Assembly: GCA_022841645.1 (NCBI GenBank) | Contig: JALHRC010000004.1 | Coordinates: 4,078-68,077 of the forward strand | Length of the DNA stretch: 64,000 bases | Direction of reading: 5' to 3' | Origin: Minisyncoccota bacterium | GTDB lineage: Bacteria > Patescibacteriota > Minisyncoccia > Phycocordibacterales > UBA918 | Part shown: in pieces, positions 40,736 to 49,430 of the stretch | Position numbering within the stretch: position 1 is the stretch's first letter | Layout: each line of letters opens with the position of its first letter | The notes under the pieces: model-generated | Told to the model about the DNA's origin: nothing | Seen by the model: only the letters and a program-made list of their open reading frames with translations | The model's database searches: none | Position numbers and translations under genes: made by a program

Positions 40736-41374
40736 CTATTCCAGATAATCGGTATCAGTACCCACTACCTTTTTAATTTGTGAGCGCAGTTCAGCCTTGG
40801 CGCCGCGCGTCGTACTTCCGGTGGCTGATGAGGCGCGACGCGTTCCACCACCGCCACCACCTCCACCGCGGTAGCTAATCAAAAACTCGTTGGGTGATTC
40901 GTCCATATCAATAAAGTCGTCGACCACTTCACGCAGCTTACCTGAAGAGGAGCGGCCAAACGAAATTGCTTCTACCTGACAGCCTTGGCTCTTTACGTAC
41001 TCCACCATCGGGACAAAGTCGCCGTCGCCAGAGGCGAGGACAATAGCATCAACTTTTTGTGCGAGCTTGATGGCGTCGATCGCGAGCCCTACGTCCCAGT
41101 CGGCTTTCTTGGCGCCGCCGTAGAAAATTTGCAGGTCCTTGGTTTTAATTTCGATACCAACTTTTTCCAGGGCTTCAAAGAATGGCTGCTCCTCGCCACT
41201 TTCAGTGTTTACCACGTACGACAAGGCACGAATAAGTTTGCGTCCCCCGAGGGCACGCTTCACAACATTGCCAAAGTTTACCTTCGACTTGTAGAGATTC
41301 TTCCCGCTGTGATAGAGGTTTTGCGTGTCAATTAAAATGGCGACGCGTTGGTCGGGGTGTCTGATGACTCCCAT
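40736..41374 (-). CDS. NYN (LabA/DUF88) PIN-like domain protein
   Basis: IDTQNL, KADWDVGLAIDA and SGDGDF. Confidence 0.92.
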   Translation of the reverse strand: MGVIRHPDQRVAILIDTQNLYHSGKNLYKSKVNFGNVVKRALGGRKLIRALSYVVNTESGEEQPFFEALEKVGIEIKTKDLQIFYGGAKKADWDVGLAIDAIKLAQKVDAIVLASGDGDFVPMVEYVKSQGCQVEAISFGRSSSGKLREVVDDFIDMDESPNEFLISYRGGGGGGGGTRRASSATGSTTRGAKAELRSQIKKVVGTDTDYLE

Positions 41375-41479
41375 ATTTTATGAAAATAAATTACGTCAGT
41401 ACTTTTAAAAATCATCCCCTGCCTAGTACTATACCCCACTAGCAAACATCGCTCCAGAGACTGGAGCGATGTAAGTGGT

Positions 41480-41746
41480 TTACTTCTTGAGGCCCAACTT
41501 CTTCACGACTGCCTGGTACTTCTTAGGGTCCTTCCCTTCGAGGTACTTTAGGTGTGTGCGTCGGTCGGCGACGAGCTGCAGAAGTCCACGGCGTGAGTGA
41601 AAATCTTTCGCATGCTTTTTTAGGTGCGTCGAAAGCTCTTCGATCTGACGGGTGAGAAGTGCAACCTGTGCTTCAGGCGATCCGGTATCACTGTCGTGAC
41701 GGCGAACACCCTTAAGGACGTTCTCTTTAACTCGTTTTGTTAACAT
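41480..41746 (-). CDS. rpsO: 30S ribosomal protein S15
   Basis: DTGSPEAQVALLT and H.KDFHSRRGLL. Confidence 0.98.
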   Translation of the reverse strand: MLTKRVKENVLKGVRRHDSDTGSPEAQVALLTRQIEELSTHLKKHAKDFHSRRGLLQLVADRRTHLKYLEGKDPKKYQAVVKKLGLKK

Positions 41747-42097
41747 AGAAATGAAAGTAAGTGCTGCGTTCTGCCCCGTAGATACGCACCCTACATGGGT
41801 GAGGCAAGGAGAACGGCAGCGGTATAACCAGCGAAGGTTGTTTCTACTATAGCATATATTAATAAAAAAAGCAAGTCACACCCAGGTTTCGACGACCTGT
41901 CAAACCCGTGGGCTGTTATGTTACTCCCGTGGGCTTGACCCCTTCCCTCTAAGGCCAAAACTCGGGCCAGTGGCGTAGTGGTGAGTTCGGCTTTCATCAC
42001 TCATATCTATTACAGTCACCGCCGCAGTGAAACACTCCGTCGCCGTCCGTATTCTCCTCCGCCCTGCTTTGCTGCAGGGATAATGTGGCGGATGATT

Positions 42098-43228
42098 TTA
42101 CCGCGAACCCACCTTGATCGTGATGGTGCCGATGACTTCCTCGCGCGAATACCAGGCGGCACAGACCGTTTCTTCGGTGGGCTCGCAGGTATTGAAGACA
42201 GTTTCGGTGAGTGTCGCAGTATAGGTACCAGTACGTCGGTAGGTGTGTGGCACCGACTTCACTGGTGTCGTACAGGGGGTGGTGATGCAGCGAATGCCTG
42301 GGACAACTACGCGCTTGGTTTGTCCGTCACCAAAGTCGAGGGTAAATTCACCTTCTTTGCCAATGAGGAATTCTGTGACGAGTGGAGCGGTGCCGGTAGC
42401 GCGCGTGACGGTAAACTCATCGCCTACTGTTCCCACCATATGAAACGTACTACTCATCGCCTTGGCAACAATGGTGGTTGTAGTGGTAGTCGGGGCGCAG
42501 AAGCCAAAGCAGGTATCTTTGGGAGTGAAGAGCGCAGCATACATTTTCATCGGACGTTTGCCGTCTACAAGGAGCTCGTCAAGATTTTCGCAGTTCCCGA
42601 AAATGGCGTCAGAAAAGTTGCCGTTACAAAACTCATCAGTAGTGAGCGTGGCGGTGCCACTGGCGTAATTTACAAACTCCGACTTCACAACTTCTTTGGT
42701 GTCGGCGGTAACAAGTTGTACAAACATACCGAGTGTCGGCGCGGTACTCGCCACATTCCAATTCACCACAATGTCATCGCCGGCGGCAAAGACTGCTGTG
42801 CCGTGGGGACTACTAATCGAGAGAGTTGGTCCGACGGGTAAAGTGGCACAGACCTTTTCAATAACACTGCGGGTGAGCGGTCCCACGAGACCAAGTGCTG
42901 GCACGCCGTGCTCGGTTTGAAATCGCTTCACGAGACTTTCGGTAACAGGCCCAAAGTAGCCGGTCACGAGATCACTCTCGGCGTAAGTGTAGTGACGCGC
43001 GAGAAATGATTGCAGTGCGCGCACCTGGGCCTCTTCGCGCATACCGCGGGAGAGCCCGCGTGTCAGTTGGGGGCACATACGGCTACTGGAAGAAGTGCTC
43101 TCACTAATATCGGTAATGACGGGCGGGGCGTTTTTTGCTTCAGCCGGTGAAGGTATACTAAAAACTCCTAATAATAAGAGTGCGGCGACAAAAGCGCAGC
43201 CAATACTATGCTTGATGGTGGTAGTCAT
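42098..43228 (-). CDS. Secreted protein with peptidoglycan-binding and PKD-like domains
   Basis: Signal peptide; VRALQSFL..TGYFGPVT..VKRFQ..GLVGPLTR; LDFGDG..HTY...GTYTATL. Confidence 0.85.
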   Translation of the reverse strand: MTTTIKHSIGCAFVAALLLLGVFSIPSPAEAKNAPPVITDISESTSSSSRMCPQLTRGLSRGMREEAQVRALQSFLARHYTYAESDLVTGYFGPVTESLVKRFQTEHGVPALGLVGPLTRSVIEKVCATLPVGPTLSISSPHGTAVFAAGDDIVVNWNVASTAPTLGMFVQLVTADTKEVVKSEFVNYASGTATLTTDEFCNGNFSDAIFGNCENLDELLVDGKRPMKMYAALFTPKDTCFGFCAPTTTTTTIVAKAMSSTFHMVGTVGDEFTVTRATGTAPLVTEFLIGKEGEFTLDFGDGQTKRVVVPGIRCITTPCTTPVKSVPHTYRRTGTYTATLTETVFNTCEPTEETVCAAWYSREEVIGTITIKVGSR

Positions 43229-43391
43229 AGTAGTTATGACGGATTCGAGCCGACTTTATTACTAGTTTGTCCACTAACCCCCGTCCCGTTAGGACGGGGG
43301 TTAGTGGACGCATAATTAGTAACGGCGGATCGCCCTGCTTTGTTGCGGGGTGAGCCGGGCGGATTTTTACTTGCTGTCGTGGAGGGGTAGT

Positions 43392-44939
43392 TCAGGATGC
43401 TTTGGCAACCGTGCCGGCTGCCAGATCCAGTATCACTCTATCCCCCGTTACAAACACCTTGCTGCCGAGTCGCGTACCAATCACACAGGGTTTTTTAAGT
43501 TCGCGCGAAACAATAGCAGCATGGCAGGTGATGCCGCCTTCGTCGGTTACGATGGCCGCCGCTTTTTTCATGTAGGGCACGAGATGTGGATGGGTTTGGG
43601 TAGCGATAAGTATGTCACCTTCAGCAAAACCCAGCAGCTCGTGGTCGTTATTAAAGGCGCTCGTAAGAACAAAGACTCGACCGGCTACTGTGGACGTGGT
43701 GCGGTCGGGCCACGAGGCCACTGCTCCACTAACAGACTGTGTGCTTTTTATTTCTCCAGCGCGCGCTTCAAGTACAGCAGCGATGCGTCCCGTCGCCTCG
43801 CCCCCGGTGTAGTGGGTGACCCCGTCACGTTGGTAGATGGTAAGTAAGCCACGTTGGCGGTCACGCAGGAGTGCTGTGGGAACGGTTGTTCCGGTTTCAA
43901 TTAATGAGAGTAGCTCGTCGGCCGTGTACGACTTCATGTCGACGTCACTTACCCCGTAGTGCGACTTCATGGCGACGATGATAGTGTCGACATATTTTAG
44001 GAGGCACAGCATATAGGTCTGTAGGTCAAAACGCATCACCGACACGTGACCCATGATGTCAGCATGGCGGTAGACCTCCGAGGTTTCTTTCTCCAGCAGA
44101 AGAGTGCGTGCTTCGATGCGTTCTTCAAGTTCGATGAACTTGGTTCGTTCGCTTTGCAGGAACTCGGGATTATTGAGTAATACAGCAATCCGAGACTGGG
44201 CGTGTGCGTGGTCGATGTAGTCGCCACCAATTAATCCCCAAAATAAAAACCCGTAGCGCTCGACCGCATCCCTCAAAGTCGTTTCAAACACTGTGCTGTC
44301 GGAAAAGAGTGTCTCGGGTGGGCGGCACTGTTCGGCAAAGTCGTGAGCGCAATGGGCGAGACGACTGTCGATGGTGCCTAGATACGTGAGGCGTCGACCG
44401 GTCGAGGAGAGAAGTTCGAGATCGGCGTGCGGGAGGTGGTCGGCCAACAGTCGTTCAAATTGCCAAAAGCGCTGTGGCTGGGTCTGCAGGTAGTACGACA
44501 TAATAAATGTCGTGAGTGTACGAACATCCCGTATGAATTTTGCGAGTGTTGACGGGTTTTCTATGAGCAGTAATGACTCCCGAGTAGCGATTTCGGCAAA
44601 GTAGCGGTCGTGCAAGCCTTTCGTTTGTTCATAGGCGTGGTCAATGGCGTCTTCAAATCGAGCAACAAATGTTGGGTCACTGAACGTAGCAAATCCCACC
44701 CCCGCTTCTTCTTCTAAGCTGTCTTCGGGAAACGCGCCAAAGAAACATGAGGTCGGACTGTTTTGTGTGTAGGTGATCCAACCCTCAGGGGCGTAGCCAG
44801 AGAGGTCGCGCATGGCAAAGTAGCTGGCTTCATTGATCCACAACCCAGCACGATCTTGAAACCATACCGGACTGTACTGTGTCTGGTCGTACATAATCCG
44901 CACGTCAGCGGAGAGGGCTTGTGGGTGTCGTGCATTCAT
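43392..44939 (-). CDS. Protein with C-terminal PEP-utilizing (swivelling phospho-His) domain
   Basis: GDILIA..T.P, AAAIVTDEGGITCHAAIVSRELKKPCVIGT; no ATP-grasp recognised. Confidence 0.88.
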   Translation of the reverse strand: MNARHPQALSADVRIMYDQTQYSPVWFQDRAGLWINEASYFAMRDLSGYAPEGWITYTQNSPTSCFFGAFPEDSLEEEAGVGFATFSDPTFVARFEDAIDHAYEQTKGLHDRYFAEIATRESLLLIENPSTLAKFIRDVRTLTTFIMSYYLQTQPQRFWQFERLLADHLPHADLELLSSTGRRLTYLGTIDSRLAHCAHDFAEQCRPPETLFSDSTVFETTLRDAVERYGFLFWGLIGGDYIDHAHAQSRIAVLLNNPEFLQSERTKFIELEERIEARTLLLEKETSEVYRHADIMGHVSVMRFDLQTYMLCLLKYVDTIIVAMKSHYGVSDVDMKSYTADELLSLIETGTTVPTALLRDRQRGLLTIYQRDGVTHYTGGEATGRIAAVLEARAGEIKSTQSVSGAVASWPDRTTSTVAGRVFVLTSAFNNDHELLGFAEGDILIATQTHPHLVPYMKKAAAIVTDEGGITCHAAIVSRELKKPCVIGTRLGSKVFVTGDRVILDLAAGTVAKAS

Positions 44940-45020
44940 AAGAAAAGTATACGCGTTCTGATAAAAGTATAAATAATTTGAGGGGCGGCGATCCAGAGAC
45001 CGCCACCCCCCGATCGTTCG

Positions 45021-45710
45021 TCAGTCGAGTTTGATATGCGACCACCAGAGGTGGTTGCCGCTCGGGATGCTGGCGATGATCCCAGCGTCCAAGTAGTTGA
45101 TCATGATGGTGGGACCTCCGCAGAAATCCACCAGCCCGCCGATCTCCTCGACCCCCACCTTGGTCTGGTCCGGAATCCAGGTCCGGCATGCCAGGTAGTA
45201 GAGCTTGAGGAGGTACTCGATCACGCCCGAGTGGCTGATTGCCACCACGAGCGGCCGCTCATCCGCCGGACGATTGGCAGCGATTGCTCGGATGAACTTG
45301 TTGACCTCAAGCGCGTGGTCACGGCCCGTGAAGAGAGCGCCCGGCAGGAGCTGCTCGAAGTGCTCCTCGACGAGCAAACTCGTGGCGGCCGCCTCGGTGT
45401 ACCCGCTCCCGAGTCGCTCCCTGAGGAAATCCCCCATCACGTCTCCGTCGATGTGGTTCATCAGTCCGACGAGGTGCGGATTGGTCTTGACCTCGCAATC
45501 GACGCCGATGGTCTGCGCAAAGCGCTGGAGCGCCGGGATGCACTGCTCCCCGCGCTTGTGGCCGCTGACGAAGAGACGGAGCGAGGTGAATTCACCGCTT
45601 CGCCACTCCTTCACGAGCTGGTCGTGGAGGGCCTGCAGACCCTCTTCCGTGACGTCGCCGTCCCGGTCCTTCGGCGGGTGACGACGTAAAAGAACTTTGA
45701 TCAATCCCAT
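45021..45710 (-). CDS. Histidine phosphatase superfamily-like protein (paralog 1)
   Basis: LLRRHP, S..KRG.Q and VVAISHSG; GGAGG SD upstream. Confidence 0.65.
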   Translation of the reverse strand: MGLIKVLLRRHPPKDRDGDVTEEGLQALHDQLVKEWRSGEFTSLRLFVSGHKRGEQCIPALQRFAQTIGVDCEVKTNPHLVGLMNHIDGDVMGDFLRERLGSGYTEAAATSLLVEEHFEQLLPGALFTGRDHALEVNKFIRAIAANRPADERPLVVAISHSGVIEYLLKLYYLACRTWIPDQTKVGVEEIGGLVDFCGGPTIMINYLDAGIIASIPSGNHLWWSHIKLD

Positions 45711-45883
45711 GACCGTCTGGCCCTCCTTTGCTTGGGATAGCGCAACTACTATACACTTCTGTCAATTATTTACAAGGCCAGAGATAATCCCGTCGATGTT
45801 TGGAAGATAGCTGTGTTGTGCAAATAAAAGAAGGGTGGCAGTCCGGAGACCGCCACCCCCCCTCGTCTGCCTCTGCCCGCTCG

Positions 45884-46630
45884 TCAGTCGAGCGAGACCT
45901 TGAGGCCCCGCAAGTGCCGGCGGTCGAGTATCGCACTCGCTTCCCCGTCACTGTCGTAGGTGATGGTGATCATCGGCCCCTCGCAGAAGCCCAGGAGCCC
46001 GCCGAGCTCCTTGGCGCCCACCTTCGTGGCGTCGGTGATGTTGGGGTGGTTCTCGAGGTAGACGGTCTTGAGCCAGTCCTCGACGACCCCGGAGTGGCTG
46101 ATCGCCACCACGAGTGTCTTCTCGCCGATCGGCTCTTCCCGCGCGACGGTGCGTACCATTTCACCGATCTGCGCTCCGTGCTCCCGCCGCGTGAACGGGC
46201 AGCCGGGAAACTCCTGGTCGTAGTACTCCTTGATGAGCAGGTGGTTGCCTTGCTTTTCAAAGTCGGCACTCGGCGGTTCGTACTTTGGACGACCGTCAGT
46301 GACCGCCGTCACCGCGGTTCCCAGCTGCTGGTTCAGCTCCGCGATCATCGCCTCCCCGTCGATCCGATCGGCCAACCCCTGGAGGAGCGGGCTCGTGCTC
46401 ACCGTACACGTGATGACGATCGTCCGCGTGAAGCGCTCGAGTACCGAAATGCTCTGCTGACCACGCGGCAAAGGGCTCACGAGGAGCTTGAGCGAATCGA
46501 AGCCGCCGATCCGCCACAGGGTGGTGAGGAAGTCGTGCAAGGTGTTCTTGCCGCTCCCCTTCAAGTTGCCGGTCGCCGGATCCTTCTCCGGATGCCGGAG
46601 GAGGAGAATCGTCGTCGTGCGTGTGGCCAT
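45884..46630 (-). CDS. Histidine phosphatase superfamily-like protein (paralog 2)
   Basis: LLLRHP, VSPLPRG.QS and VVAISHSG; shares TKVG..E.GGL..FC.GP with paralog 1. Confidence 0.68.
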   Translation of the reverse strand: MATRTTTILLLRHPEKDPATGNLKGSGKNTLHDFLTTLWRIGGFDSLKLLVSPLPRGQQSISVLERFTRTIVITCTVSTSPLLQGLADRIDGEAMIAELNQQLGTAVTAVTDGRPKYEPPSADFEKQGNHLLIKEYYDQEFPGCPFTRREHGAQIGEMVRTVAREEPIGEKTLVVAISHSGVVEDWLKTVYLENHPNITDATKVGAKELGGLLGFCEGPMITITYDSDGEASAILDRRHLRGLKVSLD

Positions 46631-46715
46631 CTGGCCCTCCCGTTGTTGCCGTCAAAGAACGACGCAATCACTATACAAAACTGTCAATCGTACGCATGTT
46701 TTTTAGGCAACTACC

Positions 46716-46733
46716 TACAGTAACGTTACTGTA
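46716..46733. promoter_or_regulatory. Perfect 18-bp palindrome, likely operator
   Basis: TACAGTAACGTTACTGTA between divergent genes. Confidence 0.55.
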
Positions 46734-46790
46734 AGCCATGTTGTTAAGGTTTATATAACGAGAGAATTCGTTATATGGTATGGTGAGAGT

Positions 46791-47570
46791 GTGAAAGTCA
46801 GTCGCCATGAGATAAAGTTGCTCGATCTGTCTCCACGCGAAGTGGTGGTTTTGCGCGCACTGGAGGAGTGTGATGATGACGGCCTACAAATCTACGAACT
46901 CTCTGACGTGCTCTCGCTTCCCCACTCGAGTCTCACCTACACCCTTGGTCAATTGTATGAACGCAACCTGGTGGCGTATGAGCTTCGCGGTCGACGCAAG
47001 ATCTGGCAGTCGCGCCTGGGTGACGTAGCCTTTCGCAAGCGCCTCGGGTCACTGGAAAGTGTGGCGGGTGACATGCGGATTGTCGAAGGAACCGAAGCTA
47101 TCAAGGCCCTCTACCTTTCGGCACTTGAACTTCATCCGCACGAACGACTCACTATCCTCGAAGGCAACGCGGCGGTTCACACACTGCGCGTGAAGGTGGG
47201 GCATGAGTTTATGCGGGAGTGGCACACGCTGGCTATCAAGCGCGAGATTATCGCCGAAAGTATTTTAGGGGAGTCGGGCTTTGCAGATATCCGCGCGGCA
47301 CGTATTCACCCTGCGGTGGTCGAAAGTCTCACCCGTTTCAAGCTCTGGGTAGGGTACGTCGTACCCGATGCGTTTATGAAAATAGATGTGGCCGTCATTG
47401 CTTTCCGCGAAGTGATTATTATTGTTGATTGGGCAAGCGAACGCGCGGTCGTGATCAATACCCCCGAGCCGGTACGCCTCATTCGTGGTTTCCTCGACGC
47501 ACTCGTGATGACCGGCAGAAAAGTAGATCTGGTAAAGGAAGTGAAACTGGCGGCAGACAAACTGAAATAG
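46791..47570 (+). CDS. TrmB-like winged-helix transcription regulator
   Basis: N-terminal wHTH, RIVEGTEAIKALY linker and TrmB-type C-terminal domain. Confidence 0.75.
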   Translation: MKVSRHEIKLLDLSPREVVVLRALEECDDDGLQIYELSDVLSLPHSSLTYTLGQLYERNLVAYELRGRRKIWQSRLGDVAFRKRLGSLESVAGDMRIVEGTEAIKALYLSALELHPHERLTILEGNAAVHTLRVKVGHEFMREWHTLAIKREIIAESILGESGFADIRAARIHPAVVESLTRFKLWVGYVVPDAFMKIDVAVIAFREVIIIVDWASERAVVINTPEPVRLIRGFLDALVMTGRKVDLVKEVKLAADKLK

Positions 47571-47637
47571 TTTCACTATGGGAAAATGAAAACGGCGACT
47601 CTGGGAAGATGCTGTCGCCAACTGGTGAGCTAGTTCC

Positions 47638-48396
47638 CTATCCGCTCGCCAGGCGCCAAAGAGTGTCGAAGTAGTGGGCTTGGCTTTTAGCTACGGCGCT
47701 GTTTTTGATACTGAAGGTGAGGTGTGGTTCGCCGTAGATATAGAAGGCGACCGTGTCGTCGTAGATGACGGTGTTAACCAGATTGTTTTCGAGGCCCGGA
47801 AGGACGCGGTAGGTGGTGTCCTTACGTCGTTGCGCCGCATCCTTTAGTTGTGGGTAGAGGGTCTGAGGACCAACTAGTTTAAAGGCGATGTGTTTCTGGT
47901 TGCGAATACGTTCCCACTCTTCATGTACACTTTCTCCGACCCGACTAAAGTACTGTTGCCACTCGCCGCAGATCATCCGTACCACCGATTGTGCTGGAGT
48001 GGCACGAATATGATCGAGCATGGCTCCACGAAACGCCGCCTGCCCTTCCGCTACATCAAATTCTTGCGCTGCGGTGGTTTTGCGTAGTGGGGCGAGTAGT
48101 GCACTTAGGGTGCGGGCTTTTTCTTCGTGCGCTTCGGCGAGCGTGAGGAGGGTGCGGGGATGTTGGGCTTCCCAGAGGGGACGCTTTCCCGTTACGCGCA
48201 CCACCAACCCCTTTTCTTCTAAGGTGGCGAGAGCGTTGTAGACAAACTGGCGGTGCAGGTCGAGTCGCTTGCTGACGGTGATAGCGGTTGCGTTCCCGCC
48301 ACGTAGCAGGTCGATGTATACCTGCCCGGCCTTTTCATCAATACCAAAGGCCACCAGGTCGTTTGAAATACTTAAGAGGTCAATATTCTTTGACAC
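47638..48396 (-). CDS. TrmB family transcription regulator
   Basis: VYIDLL..G..TA..L.RQFVYNAL..L..KGLV; IYDDTV and FDTLW. Confidence 0.88.
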   Translation of the reverse strand: MSKNIDLLSISNDLVAFGIDEKAGQVYIDLLRGGNATAITVSKRLDLHRQFVYNALATLEEKGLVVRVTGKRPLWEAQHPRTLLTLAEAHEEKARTLSALLAPLRKTTAAQEFDVAEGQAAFRGAMLDHIRATPAQSVVRMICGEWQQYFSRVGESVHEEWERIRNQKHIAFKLVGPQTLYPQLKDAAQRRKDTTYRVLPGLENNLVNTVIYDDTVAFYIYGEPHLTFSIKNSAVAKSQAHYFDTLWRLASG

Positions 48397-48543
48397 GTGT
48401 ATATACTACACTTACTCAACAAATATATAGTGTCAGTATACTATGTCGTAACAGTATTGTCACTTTGTAAAGCTCGTGTCACTATTAATGACAGAAGAAC
48501 GTTAACAACGCAACCCGCGCCAGAGGGCGCATAGGAGAGAAAG

Positions 48544-49311
48544 ATGACCAAGAGCCACAAGGGCTGGAAGCAGTACGAGGGTGGTGTCGCCAAGACCTAC
48601 TGCGAGCTGCGCGATCGGCACGAGAACCCGGGCCGGCAATTGCTGCGGAAGTTCGTCGACTCCCTGATGCCCGATTGGCGTTATCGGGGATACGCACGTG
48701 AAGGACATTCTCTACTTGACGTGGGCTGTGGTGATGGGCTCGATCTTGTGTTCTATCACAAGGAACACAAGAGCCTGGATGCTCACGGTCTGTGGGTCTA
48801 TGGTATCGAGCCATGTCGTACCATGGCAAAGCTCGCCGAGCGGCGGCTTCAGAGTGAACGGATGCGTAACACGGTCTTCGAAGGATCATGGGATGATTTT
48901 TCACAGGTGCGTGAAGAAAAGAGGGGCTTCGACGTGGTGACGGCATGTTTCTCGCTTCACCATGCAACTGACCTAGTGGCTGCCTTTCGGAATGTCTACA
49001 GCTGTCTGCATCGCGGGGGTCATTTCGCCTTTGTTGTGCCGGCACTGGCACCGACCGTGGATCAGCGCGTGGTCAATGCGTCGCTGTTTGGGGGCGAACT
49101 GACCGTCCGGTACCCTGTCCGCACGGTCCAGGCGTGGTACGAGGCGATTGACCGCAGTGTTAGCGAACGTTGCGTTTGGAAGAGTGTGGATGAGATGGAG
49201 TCCCCTCCCGGTAAGTGGAAGTGGGTGCACCATACTACCTTCTCGATGTCGGGAGACGAGAATGGTGAGAAGGACGGCTGGTTCGTTGTCTTAAAGAAGT
49301 TGAGGTGGTAG
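48544..49311 (+). CDS. Class I SAM-dependent methyltransferase
   Basis: LLDVGCGDG, YGIEP, FDVVTACFSLHH and L..GG. Confidence 0.88.
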   Translation: MTKSHKGWKQYEGGVAKTYCELRDRHENPGRQLLRKFVDSLMPDWRYRGYAREGHSLLDVGCGDGLDLVFYHKEHKSLDAHGLWVYGIEPCRTMAKLAERRLQSERMRNTVFEGSWDDFSQVREEKRGFDVVTACFSLHHATDLVAAFRNVYSCLHRGGHFAFVVPALAPTVDQRVVNASLFGGELTVRYPVRTVQAWYEAIDRSVSERCVWKSVDEMESPPGKWKWVHHTTFSMSGDENGEKDGWFVVLKKLRW

Positions 49312-49430
49312 TGCTTCCCTACTGCCACCAGCAATACGTGCCGCCCCCAACGAAAACCGTTGGAGGGCGGTTTTCTGTTGGATTGAATAAGTGTGTGTTT
49401 GGTGCGCACTTCGTAGAAATGTTTTAGTAT

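Noticed and set aside
45036-46723. Long plus-strand ORFs (217 and 307 aa) opposite the phosphatase-like genes
   Set aside because: Antisense shadows of GC-rich coding sequence; the minus-strand ORFs have motifs, SDs and paralogy.
48421-48495. TGTCA-like repeats between the TrmB and methyltransferase genes
   Set aside because: Short and irregularly spaced; cannot be distinguished from chance by eye.
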